Of a DNA stretch of 64,000 bases, positions 26,954-36,730 are shown one piece after another. Position numbers and translations under genes: made by a program. The notes beneath the pieces are model-generated. The model saw nothing but the letters and a program-made list of their open reading frames with translations, was not told the DNA's origin and made no database searches. The stretch is from a candidate division FCPU426 bacterium (GTDB lineage Bacteria > Oederibacteriota > PGYV01 > Palsa-1178), in contig CAWIXE010000001.1 of NCBI GenBank assembly GCA_963840035.1, forward strand, positions 768,001 through 832,000, given 5' to 3'. The stretch's first letter is position 1. Each line of letters opens with the position of its first letter.

Positions 26954-28042
26954 ATGAAAATACTCTTTGTTTCACACAGTTCCGTCCTGCAATACCACCA
27001 GCAGAAGCTTGAGATACTCGCGGCTAAATACGGCCACGAGATATGGCTGGCCACGCCTGATTACTGGAACGAGGGAGGGGTTGAAGTCAAGGCTTACAGG
27101 GAAAGCAAAAACATAAAATACGCGGAAACGACAGTTATTAATCCAAAAAAAGGCGTGCATCTTTATCTTAACGCCGAAAGTATCGTAAAGAAAATAAACC
27201 CCGACATAATCCACATAGAGGAAGAACCGTATGATTTTCCGGCTTACCAGTTCATAAACGCGGCGAAAAAATACGGAAAGAAAGCCCTGTTCTTTACCTG
27301 GGAAAACTTAAGGCGCAGGCACAACTTTTTATATACCTGGTTTAACAATAATTCCATATTCAACGCTGACGCGGCCATAGCCGGAAACGAAGAGGCAAGG
27401 CGCATACTGGCTGAAATGAACTTTAAAAAACCCGTTGAAGTCATACCGCAATACGGCGTAAACCTTCAGGATTTCATCCCTAAAAAACCAAAGCAGGACA
27501 GGAATAAATTTAATGTCGCCTATATGGGCAGGCTTACGGCGGAAAAGGGGCTGGCGTTTTTAGTCAGCGCGTGCGCGCCGCTTAAGAGCGCGGTTTTGCA
27601 CCTGGCAGGCGCCGGGAACATGCAGGGAGTTTTGACAGGCATGATAAAACACTTTGGCATTGAAGACCGGGTGAAATTTTACGGGCATGTGGAACATGGA
27701 GCTGTTCCTGAGTTTTTAAGCAACATGGACTGCCTGGTGCTGCCGTCAATTACAACAGGGGCATGGAAAGAACAATTCGGTAGGGTGATTATAGAGGCTT
27801 TTGCCGCTGGCGTGCCTGTTATAGGGTCGAATTCCGGCGAGATACCAAACGTGATAGGCGACGCCGGGATTGTGTTTAAAGAGAGCAATACCATTGAATT
27901 AACGGAAGCAATTAAAGCCATATTGACAGACAGCAACAAGTATAAGGAATGCGTTGAAAAAGGTTTAATAAGGGTAAGAGAAAATTACACTAATGAAATT
28001 ATAGCAGGAAAAATCAACGGATTATACAGGTTGATTTTGTAA
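26954..28042 (+). CDS. Glycosyltransferase family 4
   Basis: GRLTAEKG, EQFGRVIIEAFAAGVPVIGS. Confidence 0.92.
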   Translation: MKILFVSHSSVLQYHQQKLEILAAKYGHEIWLATPDYWNEGGVEVKAYRESKNIKYAETTVINPKKGVHLYLNAESIVKKINPDIIHIEEEPYDFPAYQFINAAKKYGKKALFFTWENLRRRHNFLYTWFNNNSIFNADAAIAGNEEARRILAEMNFKKPVEVIPQYGVNLQDFIPKKPKQDRNKFNVAYMGRLTAEKGLAFLVSACAPLKSAVLHLAGAGNMQGVLTGMIKHFGIEDRVKFYGHVEHGAVPEFLSNMDCLVLPSITTGAWKEQFGRVIIEAFAAGVPVIGSNSGEIPNVIGDAGIVFKESNTIELTEAIKAILTDSNKYKECVEKGLIRVRENYTNEIIAGKINGLYRLIL

Positions 28043-28220
28043 CGGCAGGATTACAATCCTACCGGCCAGCGGCGGGCGCATATAATACGCCCGCTACGAT
28101 TATACGGTTTTGTAGAGCGGCGGCTTGCTGCCGCTCAAACATGGTTACTCATAGGAAACGTTTGCTGCGGCATATGTATCAAATGCCGGGGTTTTAGAGG
28201 GGGCAAGCCCCCTCTCTACA
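28043..28220. repeat. Cluster of GTAG/CTAC REP hairpins
   Basis: GCGGGCG..CGCCCGCTAC; GTAGAGCGGCGGCTTGCTGCCGCTC; AGAGGGGGCAAGCCCCCTCTCTAC. Confidence 0.8.
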
Positions 28221-28258
28221 GTTTTGTTTAATAATATTTTAAAATATAGAGGGGTTTT

Positions 28259-28960
28259 GTGCAAATTATTAACGGGTTATTAAGTTTGTTCTATCCAACG
28301 GAATGCGCCGGGTGCGGGCGGTATTTAAAGGATTTCAAGCACCTTTACGTTTGCCCGCAGTGCTATGACGACCTCAAATATTTTCCGGCTGTTAACTGCC
28401 CGGTTTGCGCCAAACCCATTCATTCGGAACACGCTGACGGCTGCAGGGAGTGCGGGGAGCGCAAGAACCACTTTTCATATATAAAACCCGCGGGTGTTTA
28501 TGAAGGCGCGTTAAAGGAAATAATACACTACATGAAATTCAACAACAAAAAAGGGCTGGCAAAGGTCGCCGCTGGGTTCATGGTCGAGCGCATTAGTCCG
28601 GACGTTTTTAAAGGCGCGGATATGCTGGTGCCGGCGCCTTTATCCAGGGAAGCTCTGGATGGCAGGGGATATAACCAGACGGAGAACGTGGCTTATTTTA
28701 TTTCAAAGCAAACAGGAATACCCCTTGTAAATGCAGTTAAGAAAATCAAAGAAACCGCGCCTCAGAACACGCTGGACAGAAAAGAGCGTATGAGGAACTT
28801 AAAAGGGGCTTTTGAAACTGCGGTTGATGTAGCAGGAAAAACAGTTATAATAGTGGATGACGTATTTACTACAGGAGCTACGGTGAATGAGATAGCAAAG
28901 GCGCTGGTTAATTCGGGCGCGGCAGAAGTAAGGGCGGTTGTTATTGCAAGGTCAGTTTGA
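28259..28960 (+). CDS. comF: ComF-family amidophosphoribosyltransferase-like competence protein
   Basis: Double zinc ribbon, RGYNQ, IVDDVFTTGAT. Confidence 0.92.
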   Translation: MQIINGLLSLFYPTECAGCGRYLKDFKHLYVCPQCYDDLKYFPAVNCPVCAKPIHSEHADGCRECGERKNHFSYIKPAGVYEGALKEIIHYMKFNNKKGLAKVAAGFMVERISPDVFKGADMLVPAPLSREALDGRGYNQTENVAYFISKQTGIPLVNAVKKIKETAPQNTLDRKERMRNLKGAFETAVDVAGKTVIIVDDVFTTGATVNEIAKALVNSGAAEVRAVVIARSV

Positions 28961-28968
28961 TAAAACGT

Positions 28969-29133
28969 TGGTAGCCGCAGCCTTTAGGCTGCGAAGGGCA
29001 GGCTTTGTTTTTGAATGCTAAATCCAGCCTTACGCAACATGTCGTGAGGAACACGACAAGATGAGCGGAATTATACTGATTTAATATTTGTTCGCTTTAG
29101 CTCACAAGGGCATCTTTAAGGTTGCGGCTACCA
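28969..29133. repeat. GTAG REP doublet carrying a conserved structured insert (copy 2)
   Basis: Same ends as 6021 and the same GTCGTGAGGAACACGACAAGATGAG..GCTCACAAGGGCATCTT insert. Confidence 0.85.
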
Positions 29134-29158
29134 GGACTTAAAAATGAGGTGATAAAAT

Positions 29159-29818
29159 ATGAAATCAAAAGCGTTGGTATTATTAAGCGGCGGTCAGGAC
29201 AGCACAACATGCCTTTTCTGGGCAAAGAAAAAGTTTGGCAGCGTTGAAACGCTTTCGTTTGACTACGGTCAGCGTCATAAAATAGAACTTAAAAGTGCGA
29301 AGAAGATTGCATCAATCGCAAAAGTAAAAAACACCGTCATTAAAATAAAAGAATTTGAGACCATTAAAAACAGCGCACTGCTTGATACCAGTTCCGTCTC
29401 TAAAAAACACAAACTAAACAGCAAGCTGCCGGCAACGTTTGTTCCAGGCAGGAACATACTGTTCCTTACGATCGCGGCGGCCGTGGCTTATACCAGGAAG
29501 ATAGAGAACATTGTCATCGGGGTTTCGCAGGTGGATTACTCCGGATATCCTGACTGCAGGGGCGGATTTATAAAGGCCATGGAAAAAACATTAAGGCTGG
29601 GGATGGATTATCCTGTAAAGATACACACTCCCCTGATAAAACTAAATAAAAAAGAGACGGTACTGCTGGCATATGACCTCGGGGTGCTTAAGTACATGGC
29701 GCATACGCATACTTGTTATGAAGGAAAGAAAAAACCATGCGGAGTATGCGACGCATGCAAGCTCAGGAAAAAAGGATTTGAGGAAGCAGGTCTGGCGGAT
29801 TTGTTGTATAGGGATTAA
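29159..29818 (+). CDS. queC: 7-cyano-7-deazaguanine synthase
   Basis: SGGQDSTT, FDYGQRH, TFVPGRN, GYPDCR, TCY..CGVCDAC. Confidence 0.96.
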   Translation: MKSKALVLLSGGQDSTTCLFWAKKKFGSVETLSFDYGQRHKIELKSAKKIASIAKVKNTVIKIKEFETIKNSALLDTSSVSKKHKLNSKLPATFVPGRNILFLTIAAAVAYTRKIENIVIGVSQVDYSGYPDCRGGFIKAMEKTLRLGMDYPVKIHTPLIKLNKKETVLLAYDLGVLKYMAHTHTCYEGKKKPCGVCDACKLRKKGFEEAGLADLLYRD

Positions 29819-29831
29819 GAGGGTGGATGGT

Positions 29832-29927
29832 ATATTGAAGATTGTAGATAGTGGATTGCGGATTAATATGTATATAGAACTGGAATTCTGTCCATTAATC
29901 CGAAATCTACAATCTGCAATCTAAAAT
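29832..29927. repeat. (A/G)GATTG(T/C) heptamer inverted-arm element
   Basis: AGATTGT AGATAGT GGATTGC GGATTAAT ... ATTAATCCG AAATCTA CAATCTG CAATCT. Confidence 0.8.
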
Positions 29928-29940
29928 TGAAGGGGGATTT

Positions 29941-30399
29941 ATGGAAATGCTAAAAGAAGGCGACCTGGCTCCGGAGTTTGAGTTAAAGGACCAGGATGGA
30001 AAAACCGTAAAGCTTTCTGATTATAAAGGAAAACAATCTGTTGTTCTTTTCTTTTACCCAAAGGATTTTTCTCCGGGGTGTACAGCCGAGGCCTGCGCTT
30101 TCAGGGATAACTATGACACTTTCAAGCAAAAGGGAGCGGAGGTAATCGGGATAAGCGCGGACGACCCGGAATCGCATACCGGATTTATAAAAAAGCACGG
30201 GCTGCAGTTTGAACTGCTCGTGGACCCGAAGGGCGCGACAGCTGAAAAGTACGGGATAAAAAGGCTTCTTCTCGGGCTTTTGCCAGGGAGGGTGACTTTT
30301 GTCATTGATAAGCAGGGTATAATAAGGAAGATATTCTCGTCTAATACTGACATGCAAGCGCATGTCAAGGAATCACTGGAAATACTCGGCAATATGTGA
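29941..30399 (+). CDS. bcp: Peroxiredoxin, BCP/PrxQ family
   Basis: FYPKDFSPGCTAEAC. Confidence 0.92.
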   Translation: MEMLKEGDLAPEFELKDQDGKTVKLSDYKGKQSVVLFFYPKDFSPGCTAEACAFRDNYDTFKQKGAEVIGISADDPESHTGFIKKHGLQFELLVDPKGATAEKYGIKRLLLGLLPGRVTFVIDKQGIIRKIFSSNTDMQAHVKESLEILGNM

Positions 30400-30744
30400 A
30401 AATAGAACGATAATATCATATATAAAACTATATAATGACGGAATATAGTGCTATACTTATCAATAACATAGCATAGGGAAAAGATATAAAATGTTTTAAC
30501 AGCACAAGCTGAAAGTAGAAGAAATATTAGGAATTCACTTCCGGTCAAACCATCCTAATTCCGCGGCTTAAACATTGCCGGGGTATACACCATCACAAAA
30601 CTTATATATTGCCATGCCCGGAAATACAAGGCGAAAAAAGTCGGTATATTTGGCATTTCTGTCATTTGATGACGCGTTTTCAAATGGTATCTTTATCACA
30701 GAGAATCAATGCGGTAAATATATTGTCAAAAACGCGGAGGAAAA

Positions 30745-31149
30745 ATGAAAAAGTTAGTGATAAATGTGGTTGCGCTGCTAAGTGTATTCATGTTTTTTGG
30801 ATGTGCTACAACAAAGCCGGCGCCTGAAGCGCGGGTTATGAGCCTGAAAGTCAAAGTTTACGACCTTGAAAGAAAGATACAGAGGATGGAAAAAGAGATA
30901 GACAGGAAAGAAAACTTAAAGAACGCAAATAAAGCAAAGAAAAGCGATGTGAAAAAAGCGCTTGATTCGGCGAAAAAAGGAATCAAAGAAATGCAGGATA
31001 AAATAGATAACATGGCGTCGGCAACCGGCGAAGCGTGGGATGGTTTTGTGATGGATCTGGAGCGCGGAGCGGAAAATATTAATGACAATGTGGAAAAAAC
31101 ATTTGCGGAAATAAAAGAACAGCATGAGGAAAATCAAAATAACAGGTAA
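30745..31149 (+). CDS. Coiled-coil lipoprotein
   Basis: Lipobox FFGC; heptad-rich; ATGEAWDG motif. Confidence 0.7.
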   Translation: MKKLVINVVALLSVFMFFGCATTKPAPEARVMSLKVKVYDLERKIQRMEKEIDRKENLKNANKAKKSDVKKALDSAKKGIKEMQDKIDNMASATGEAWDGFVMDLERGAENINDNVEKTFAEIKEQHEENQNNR

Positions 31150-31174
31150 GTTCGTGCTGTAAAAAGGTGGAAAA

Positions 31175-31960
31175 ATGTCTTATAACTTGCTGCTTGTGGA
31201 TGATGACCCGGAATTCAGGTTTGAATTCTGCGAATGTTTTGAGGATTATGAGATAACGCAGGCCGCGGACGGCGAAACCTCCCTAGCGCTGCTGAGAAAG
31301 CCCAACTCCATCGACCTGGTGCTGCTTGACGTTATGATGCCCGGGATTAAAGGCACAGAAGTGCTTGCCGAGATGAAAAGGCTGAAACCGGATGTAAAAA
31401 TAATCATGCTCACGGGGAACAGGTCAAAGGACGTGGTCATAGAAAGCCTTAAAAATAAGGCTGATGAATACATAGAAAAACCGATGGATGTGAATGAAAC
31501 AAGGCGCATCATAATAAAACTGCTCGGCGAAAAAGAATCAAAAGGCATGCCTGAGACGGGAAGCATAAAAGAAAAGATAGAGAAAGTAAAAAAATTCCTT
31601 GAGCGCAACTTTGACAAGAAGGTAAGCCTTAAGGACGCGTCAGCGCACGCAGCTTTAAGCGAGAAATACTTAAGCAGGGCTTTTGAGGATGTTACAGGCA
31701 CGGGATTCAGCGCGTACAAATCATCCGTGAAGGTAAAGAAAGCCATGGAACTCCTAAAGCAGGGTTTTAACATAAACCAGATATCGGACAGGCTGGCTTA
31801 CGCGAACGCCGAATCCTTCATACGGACCTTTAAAAAGGTAACCGGCGTTACGCCGGCATTATACAGGGACAGGAAAGAGGGCGCGCTGAAGAAAAGCGGC
31901 CAGAAAAAATCAAAAGCAAAAAAAATCATAAAACGGGGAAAAAAACATGGCGGAAAATGA
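31175..31960 (+). CDS. Response regulator with AraC-type HTH output
   Basis: REC (VDDD, LLDVMMP, EKP) plus YLSRAF..LAYANAESFIRTFKKVTGVTP. Confidence 0.92.
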   Translation: MSYNLLLVDDDPEFRFEFCECFEDYEITQAADGETSLALLRKPNSIDLVLLDVMMPGIKGTEVLAEMKRLKPDVKIIMLTGNRSKDVVIESLKNKADEYIEKPMDVNETRRIIIKLLGEKESKGMPETGSIKEKIEKVKKFLERNFDKKVSLKDASAHAALSEKYLSRAFEDVTGTGFSAYKSSVKVKKAMELLKQGFNINQISDRLAYANAESFIRTFKKVTGVTPALYRDRKEGALKKSGQKKSKAKKIIKRGKKHGGK

Positions 31961-34748
31961 AACCAAGGGCACGGGCAGCGAAGAACTGGTGCTGGAACAA
32001 AATATCATATATGAGATAAACCTCGACAGCGTCATTACTTCCTGGAACCGCGGGGCTGAGCGCCTCTACGGATGGCTGAAGAATGAGGCTGTGGGAAAGC
32101 AGGCATATGAATTGTTCAGGACGGAGTTCCATTTAAAAATGTATAAATTTATAACTGAAACCATTAAAAACTACATATGGACCGGGGAACTCAGCCAGTA
32201 TAAAAAAGACGGGTCAAAGATAACGGTGTCCAGCCACGCGATTTTGCGCAGGGACAGCGAGGGCAAGCCCGGAGGCATTATATTTGTAAATACCGATATA
32301 ACTAAATTTAAGAACACAGAAGAAGAACTTAAAAAAAGCGAGGAAACTTTCGCGGTCACACTGAATTCAATAGGCGACGGGGTGCTGTCTACGGATTATA
32401 ATGGGATAGTTTCATACTTAAATCCCGTGGCTGAAGACATGACTGGATGGACTAACAGACAGGCAGCAGGCAGGCCGGTGCTTGAAGTTTTCCGAATTAT
32501 CAACCATGACACCCGCAAGACCTCGGCGTTACCGGTAAAAGACACACTTGAAAACGGGACCGTGCACGGTCTTGCCAATCATACCGTTCTTATATCACGC
32601 AACGGCAAGGAATATGACATAGCTGATTCCTGCGCGCCGATACGCAACCGCGAGGGAAAGGTCATAGGTGCGGTGCTGGTATTCAGGGATGTCACTGACC
32701 AGATGGCAAAAGAAGCGGCGCTTGAAAAAACACGCAAAGAACTCGCAATCACTAAAATAGCCGAAGACGCCGCGCGGGAATACGCGGAGTCACTGATTAA
32801 TACCGTAAGGGAACCCATGATAGCCCTGGACCAGGATTTACGGGTGGTATCAGCTAGCCGCTCCTTTTATGAGTTCTTCAGGGTCAAGCCGGCGGATACT
32901 GTCGGAAAGCTTATTTATAACCTCGGAAACAAACAATGGGATATACCTAAACTCAGAAAATTGCTTGAAACAATACTCCCGGAAAAGTCCACTTTTGATA
33001 ATTATGAGGTTGAACACGAATTCGCATATATCGGCAGACGGACAATGCTTTTGAACGCGCGGCAGATTCAGAGGGTGCTGGGCAAAGAACGCATCATCCT
33101 GCTGGCCATGGAGGATGTTACGCAGCGTACGGAGGCGGAATACCTGCTTGAAAGGATAAACCGTATTTTAAGGGCCATAAGCAATACCAATCAGGAACTG
33201 ATGCATGAAAAAGACGAGCAGGCATACATGGACAAGGTATGCAAAATAGCCGTAAAAGACTGCGGCCTTAAAATGGCGTGGGTTGGTTTTGCGGGAAATG
33301 ACGAAAAGAAATCCATAGTTCCGGTATCCAGATACGGCGTTGATGAAGGGTATTTTAAAAAAATAGACCTGACAATGGGTAACGGCAAGAGCGGGAGCAA
33401 TCCGGCATGCAGGGCTGCCCTGACAGGAAAAACCATAATTTGCCGAAATGTCATGACCGATTCTGCTTTCGCGCCATGGCGCGGCGAGGCAAAAAAACGC
33501 GGCTTTATGTCCATGATAGCGCTGCCTTTTAAGTCCATAAACAGGATCTTCGGAGTGTTTATGCTTTATTACCCGGAGCCCCAGCTGTTCCCGGATGCGG
33601 AAATAAAACTGCTCGAAGAGCTTGTATATGACCTCTCATACGGGATAATGCTTATCAGGATACGCGGCGAAAAACTCACGGCTGAGCAGGAAATAAAGAG
33701 AATAGCTGCGTTTCCAAAGCTTAACCCCAACCCGATAAGCGAAATAGACTCGACAGGCAGGATATATTACATAAACCCGGCATTCAGCAAACTATTCCCG
33801 GACGCTTCAAAAGAAACCCTGCTTCATCCGTGGTTTGAAGGCATAGACGCGATATTCCGCAGGCTCAAAGGCGGAAAGAAAAAAGTAATAAAGCGCGACA
33901 TAAAGGTAAACGAAAGTTATTTTCTTCAGTACATGGTATACATACCGGCGGAGGGGACCATCCGTACTTACGGCATAGACATAACCACGCGCAAGAACGC
34001 CGATGACGAGATAAAGAAGCTTTACGGGGAAATGGAAATAAAAGTGCAGCAGCGCACAACGGAACTGCTGGCCTCAAAACACCTGGCAGACATCGGCACG
34101 CTTGCGGCCACGGTGGCGCATGAGCTGAGGAACCCGCTTGGCATAATAAACCTCGCGACCTATAACCTGCGGAAAAAAGTCAAGGGCCCGGAAGTGTTAA
34201 AACACATCGTTAACATTGAAAAGAAAGTGGCTGAAAGCGTCCAGATAATAAACAACCTTCTGGTATACTCGAAGATGAAAATGCCGCAATTTGAAAAAAT
34301 AAGCCTGTATGAAATAATTAACGAGTGTGCCGGAAACGCAAAAAAACATTTCAGCAATAAAAGAATATTATTAAAAAAACACATCGGCACCATAAAAAGC
34401 GAGATGATGTGGGCGGACCAGCTGCAACTCAAAGAGGTTTTTACCAACCTGATTACGAACGCATACCAGGCCATGGACGGCAAAAAGGGGGCTGTAAGCA
34501 TACACGCCTCATTAATAAGCGGAAAACGGGTGAGCGTAAGCGTTAAGGATACCGGCGTCGGCATAAGCAGGGAAGATATGGGAAATATCTTCAAACCGTT
34601 TTTTACCCGCAAAACAAAGGGGACCGGGCTTGGGCTGGTAATATGCAGGGACATAATTGCCATGCATGACGGCTCAATAAACATAATAAGCAAGGAAGGA
34701 AAGGGAAGTACTTTTACAGTGACCCTGCCCTTAAGGCTGAAAAAATGA
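31947..34748 (+). CDS. Multi-PAS/GAF sensor histidine kinase
   Basis: SWNRGAE PAS, further PAS domains, GAF, H-box AHELRNPL, N-box NLITNA, GTGLGL. Confidence 0.92.
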   Translation: MAENETKGTGSEELVLEQNIIYEINLDSVITSWNRGAERLYGWLKNEAVGKQAYELFRTEFHLKMYKFITETIKNYIWTGELSQYKKDGSKITVSSHAILRRDSEGKPGGIIFVNTDITKFKNTEEELKKSEETFAVTLNSIGDGVLSTDYNGIVSYLNPVAEDMTGWTNRQAAGRPVLEVFRIINHDTRKTSALPVKDTLENGTVHGLANHTVLISRNGKEYDIADSCAPIRNREGKVIGAVLVFRDVTDQMAKEAALEKTRKELAITKIAEDAAREYAESLINTVREPMIALDQDLRVVSASRSFYEFFRVKPADTVGKLIYNLGNKQWDIPKLRKLLETILPEKSTFDNYEVEHEFAYIGRRTMLLNARQIQRVLGKERIILLAMEDVTQRTEAEYLLERINRILRAISNTNQELMHEKDEQAYMDKVCKIAVKDCGLKMAWVGFAGNDEKKSIVPVSRYGVDEGYFKKIDLTMGNGKSGSNPACRAALTGKTIICRNVMTDSAFAPWRGEAKKRGFMSMIALPFKSINRIFGVFMLYYPEPQLFPDAEIKLLEELVYDLSYGIMLIRIRGEKLTAEQEIKRIAAFPKLNPNPISEIDSTGRIYYINPAFSKLFPDASKETLLHPWFEGIDAIFRRLKGGKKKVIKRDIKVNESYFLQYMVYIPAEGTIRTYGIDITTRKNADDEIKKLYGEMEIKVQQRTTELLASKHLADIGTLAATVAHELRNPLGIINLATYNLRKKVKGPEVLKHIVNIEKKVAESVQIINNLLVYSKMKMPQFEKISLYEIINECAGNAKKHFSNKRILLKKHIGTIKSEMMWADQLQLKEVFTNLITNAYQAMDGKKGAVSIHASLISGKRVSVSVKDTGVGISREDMGNIFKPFFTRKTKGTGLGLVICRDIIAMHDGSINIISKEGKGSTFTVTLPLRLKK

Positions 34749-35143
34749 GCGCAAAAAAAATCCTGATCGCGGATGACGAGCCTGAAATGAGGGAAGAACT
34801 CGCGGCGATACTTAAAGATGAAGGATACGAAGTTTTACAGGCGGCAGACGGTAAAGCTGCCTTAAAGTCGATCAAAAAAAATAAAATTGACCTGCTGCTT
34901 CTTGACCTGAAAATGCCGGTAATGACGGGCTTTGAAGTCTTAAAAGAATTGAACGCAAAAAAAATCAGGATGAAAACCATAGTATTAACCGGAAGCATAC
35001 TTGGGACGACGCTTCCGGACGAAAAAGACATAACCCACAGCGAAAAAATGAGGGTTTTGAAATTCGCGGACCTTATAATGAACAAGCCTTTCGATATAGT
35101 AAAATTAATGGCAAAAATAAAATATTATACCTCCCGAAACTGA
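34745..35143 (+). CDS. Single-domain response regulator
   Basis: ADDE, LLDLKMP, KPF. Confidence 0.9.
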   Translation: MSAKKILIADDEPEMREELAAILKDEGYEVLQAADGKAALKSIKKNKIDLLLLDLKMPVMTGFEVLKELNAKKIRMKTIVLTGSILGTTLPDEKDITHSEKMRVLKFADLIMNKPFDIVKLMAKIKYYTSRN

Positions 35144-35171
35144 GCAGCCGCGCCACCCGCTATTTATTACC

Positions 35172-35285
35172 TGTAATTGCGGGGAGCCGTATTTGAATTA
35201 TGGCAGCGAAGCTATCCTGTTTTAGTCTTTTAATGCTTCACGATTGTTTCGCCGTTATAGAACAAATGCGCCTTCTCGCAACAAC
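35172..35285. repeat. Degenerate copy of the RPE-like element at 1577
   Basis: Shares GGAGCCGTATTTGA..TGGC and AGAACAAA..CGCCT.CTCGCAA. Confidence 0.7.
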
Positions 35286-35483
35286 TTTGCAAAACGGCAA
35301 GTATCAAACCTGATTAAAACAGCGATACCCCCGAGTCAAATCACATAAAGACAATAAATCCATACCCCTGTCATTTTCCATATACTGCCCTGTTGAAATA
35401 AGTCTATAAACGGGGGATTGCCGGCATACCTAATTTTCAGGCTGTTGTGTATGCTTGTAATACAAAAGAAGGACAGGTGTAAC

Positions 35484-35669
35484 GTGGATAAAAAAAAGGG
35501 AGTTAATACGGCATTGAAACGCGTGATAAATGTCATGCCGGAAAAGCCTTGGGGCAAGCTTGAAAGAGCAAGGGAATATGCCTTTTCGCTTTATGAAAAA
35601 AGGGGGTATGTGCTCGGCAATGAGTTAAAGGTCTGGCTTGAGGCTGAAAGAAAAATAAAAAAAGGCTGA
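35484..35669 (+). CDS. DUF2934-like small protein
   Basis: AFSLYEKRG..NELKVWLEAERKI. Confidence 0.7.
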   Translation: MDKKKGVNTALKRVINVMPEKPWGKLERAREYAFSLYEKRGYVLGNELKVWLEAERKIKKG

Positions 35670-35783
35670 AAGTCCGATAGATGAAAATCTTTAAAACGAT
35701 ACTTAGAAATGGAAAAAGGCGGAAAACTGAAGCTGAAAGGCTGATACGGGCCGCTTAAAAATGAAAGATCCGGGAGGATTAAA

Positions 35784-36674
35784 ATGAAAACAACAGGAAA
35801 AAGATTTGTAATCTGGATGCTGCCGCTGCTGGCTTTAGCGGCAATGATGGCAATGCCGGCGTGCAAAAATTCGCCGACAGCTCCGCAGAACACGCCGGTT
35901 ACTACTCGCACGGTGACAATTACAGCTACCATGACAAGTACGATGGACAGCACGGCAACCGCAACAGCTACTGCAACGCAGACATCAACCGCAGTTATTG
36001 GGCAGCTTGGAGTAAACTTAAGGACTTCCGCGCGTTTTGCCGTTTTATCAGGAACATCAATAGATGACATCCCCACTTCGGCTATTACAGGCGATGTAGG
36101 CGTAAGTTCAGGCGCAAGGTCGACTATAGTAGGGTTACTTGACGGAGACGGACAGGTTGACGCTTTGCACGCGATATACGCCTTTGACGACATATCACCC
36201 GCAGGAGTGCCTGCAATGCTGACACAGGCTTTTAACGACGCGACAGCGGCGTATCTTGACGCGACTGATTCGGCACGCGGAACACCGGCGCCGGTTTCAG
36301 GCAACTTAAACGGGCTGACACTCTATCCGGGGCTCTATGAATCATCATCTTCAATTGAAATATCAGCGGCAGGATTCCTGTATCTTGACGCTCAGGGCGA
36401 CAGCAACGCTGTATTTATCATCCGCAGCGCGACATCGATTACCACATCAAGCACCAGCGAAGTGGTCCTGGCCGGAAACGCGCAGGCAAAGAACATCTAT
36501 TGGACTGCGGGTTCAGCAGTGACCCTTGGCACGAACTCCATAATGAAAGGCACAATCTTAGCCGGCACCGCAATTACCCTTCAGACAGGCTCAAGGCTTG
36601 ACGGGAGGGCATTGGTTCAGAGCGCGGCCGCGGCAAAGATTTCATTAGATACAAGCACGATCGTATTACCATAA
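35784..36674 (+). CDS. Ice-binding-like (DUF3494) lipoprotein 1
   Basis: Lipobox MPAC, Thr linker, ARFAVLS..ITGDVGVS..LTLYPGLY..AKNIYWTAGS..LDGRAL. Confidence 0.9.
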   Translation: MKTTGKRFVIWMLPLLALAAMMAMPACKNSPTAPQNTPVTTRTVTITATMTSTMDSTATATATATQTSTAVIGQLGVNLRTSARFAVLSGTSIDDIPTSAITGDVGVSSGARSTIVGLLDGDGQVDALHAIYAFDDISPAGVPAMLTQAFNDATAAYLDATDSARGTPAPVSGNLNGLTLYPGLYESSSSIEISAAGFLYLDAQGDSNAVFIIRSATSITTSSTSEVVLAGNAQAKNIYWTAGSAVTLGTNSIMKGTILAGTAITLQTGSRLDGRALVQSAAAAKISLDTSTIVLP

Positions 36675-36730
36675 AGAAGAGTGATGAAGCCGGGGCATAA
36701 AGCCCCGGCTATTTAAAAAGGAGACAAAAA

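Noticed and set aside
28961..29158. preQ1 riboswitch upstream of queC
   Set aside because: No preQ1 consensus is seen, and the structured sequence also occurs between pstA and pstB, so it is a repeat.
30400..30740. Integration site or att repeat at the accessory block edge
   Set aside because: AT-rich, but I found no direct repeat matching the other end, no tRNA and no integrase.
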